Shown here: in pieces, positions 62,456-64,000 of the stretch
How the letters are laid out: each line of letters starts with the position of its first letter
Position numbering within the stretch: the first letter of the stretch is position 1
Origin: a virus
Lineage: Duplodnaviria > Caudoviricetes
Length of the DNA: 64,000 bases
IMG/VR virus record: IMGVR_UViG_3300045596_000094
Span: 32,001 to 96,000 of that record
Reading direction: 5' to 3' (one strand)
Translations under genes and position numbers: made by a program
The notes under the pieces: model-generated
Databases searched by the model: none
Told to the model about the DNA's origin: nothing
Seen by the model: the letters and a program-made list of their open reading frames with translations, nothing else

Positions 62456-64000
62456 ATGAGTAGTTCTCGGAACAGTATTAATCCACAGCTGCGTAAGGCT
62501 TTTACTACTAGCACAGCAGCTAGTGTTTACCGTAAACAAAACTACGCCGCTTATGATAACGTCGCTTCTAAAATGGTTCGTGGAGAAGTTACTCCCCTAG
62601 CCATTGAAGATAACGATATTCAATTAAATAGTGCGCAAGATCCTTTCTTGAAAGGTGCATTGTCTCGTTCATTAGAACGCATACGCGATAACAATAATAT
62701 TCTTCAATTATTACCCGATATCAGTCTTGCGATCGAAATCATTATTGGGGGTGTTTTATCCCCTAAAGATCTCATGACCACGACCCTCACCTTTAAATGT
62801 AACGATGGGGCTTTTAATGATAAATTAGCTGTTCGACTATTAAGTGTTGTGGACAACTACTTTGTCTCGTCATATAAATTGATCGATGAGCTCCCTAAAA
62901 TGCTGCGTGACATCATTGCAAAAACGGGTTCTTATCCGATTGCGGTGTTGCCTGAAACATCGGTTGACTATATCATTAATAGTAACTCTCGCGTCACCTT
63001 AGAATCCATTAAAATGGGGGTGGGTGACAATGGTAAACTTAAACCATTGGGTTTTATTGCAAATGCTAGAAAAGCCAACACCGCTATGGAAGAAGTTTCT
63101 TTATTTGATTTGTTAGAAAATCGTCCAGGCAATGGGGCAAACATTCCATTTGATTCCGACTTGACGCAGTTAAAGATGGAAGATGGCACAAAGATATCTG
63201 CTGGCGTAAGTATTACAGATAATTTCGATGCCCTCAAATTACCTACCTTGCAGCGTCGTGTCTCTTCACAATACCAACAGGCTGAAATCGAAAGACGTCG
63301 AGAAACGATTAAGAAGTATGCCCCTGGTCAAACGCTTCGGTATTCGAACGAATCCATGACCGCGGTTGATGCTTCGGAATCAAATGAAGCTGTTTCGCTT
63401 AATTCCTCAGATGTTCAACGTAGTCAAAAAGAAAAAGATGTTCTGAATAAGCTGTACCCTGATCGCCAGTTTAGTAGTCTACCGATCATGCGTGTAAAAC
63501 CAAAGTCGGCGTTATCTAAGCCTACCTTTGGTCATCCGCTTGCAATGAAGATTCCTACGGAAGCAGTAGTGCCTGTTTATTCACCGACAGACCCGTCTGA
63601 TCATCTAGGGTATCTTGTAGCGCTAGATGCGACCGGAAACCCATTGCGTTTATCTGACTACGAAAGTATTTATCGCTCTTTGTCTGCTTCATCTAATACT
63701 TCCTCATCAAGTGTAACTTCATGGATGATTCAACAATCGGCGAACAACACTTCACCATCATTCCAGCAAGGGAATTTAGGTTATACTTCTTCGGCTCTAG
63801 CTCAAGCAGTACCAATCTACCAACAGTTCCTAGAAAGTGATATTCTTGATCGTTTAACCCGTGGTGTGTTGGGTTCTGGCATTTCTATTGGGAAGAATGA
63901 TGAGTTGTATCGTTTGATGTTAGCACGTGCGTGTGCTGGACGTAACACTCAAATGCTTTACTTACCAGCATCATTGATGGCGTATATGGCAATTGATTGG
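62456..64000 (+). CDS. Portal protein (phiKZ gp129-like), runs off the window edge; not in ORF track
   Basis: Manual translation from ATG 62456 (GGAG RBS): ...NILQLLPDISLAIEIIIGGVLSPKD...GSYPIAVLPETSVD.II...ITDN...GHPLAMKIPTEAVVPV..P..P..HLGY...LD..GNP; divergent from the gp128-like gene. Confidence 0.82.
   Translation, partial: MSSSRNSINPQLRKAFTTSTAASVYRKQNYAAYDNVASKMVRGEVTPLAIEDNDIQLNSAQDPFLKGALSRSLERIRDNNNILQLLPDISLAIEIIIGGVLSPKDLMTTTLTFKCNDGAFNDKLAVRLLSVVDNYFVSSYKLIDELPKMLRDIIAKTGSYPIAVLPETSVDYIINSNSRVTLESIKMGVGDNGKLKPLGFIANARKANTAMEEVSLFDLLENRPGNGANIPFDSDLTQLKMEDGTKISAGVSITDNFDALKLPTLQRRVSSQYQQAEIERRRETIKKYAPGQTLRYSNESMTAVDASESNEAVSLNSSDVQRSQKEKDVLNKLYPDRQFSSLPIMRVKPKSALSKPTFGHPLAMKIPTEAVVPVYSPTDPSDHLGYLVALDATGNPLRLSDYESIYRSLSASSNTSSSSVTSWMIQQSANNTSPSFQQGNLGYTSSALAQAVPIYQQFLESDILDRLTRGVLGSGISIGKNDELYRLMLARACAGRNTQMLYLPASLMAYMAIDW

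Overview
Segment of a phiKZ-like jumbo myophage genome (probably Chimalliviridae-type, ~40% GC, standard genetic code). Conserved phiKZ-like virion blocks are present: terminase large subunit, gp26/27/28-like proteins, tail sheath and tube (3.2-14.2 kb); gp147-like and gp145/146-like tail proteins plus a GH108 endolysin (16-22.8 kb); RuvC and a gp139-like protein (34.7-36.2 kb); gp128-like protein and portal (59.9-64 kb). Between them lie (i) accessory operons with NAD-dependent DNA ligase, a HAD phosphatase, a degenerate dUTPase-fold protein, divergent Tad1-like and Tad2-like immune-signal sponge candidates and an unlisted 55-aa acidic protein, and (ii) a ~23.6 kb tail-appendage cluster (36.3-59.9 kb) encoding a 2368-aa Ig-repeat protein with six copies of an unrecognised C-terminal domain and a 1678-aa protein with ~42 DUF285/BspA-type repeats. 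A shared 26-bp candidate early promoter, recurrent TATGA late-promoter motifs and CATAAA...TTTATG-flanked hairpins are visible. phiKZ gp numbers come from recalled motifs and synteny, not from a database search.
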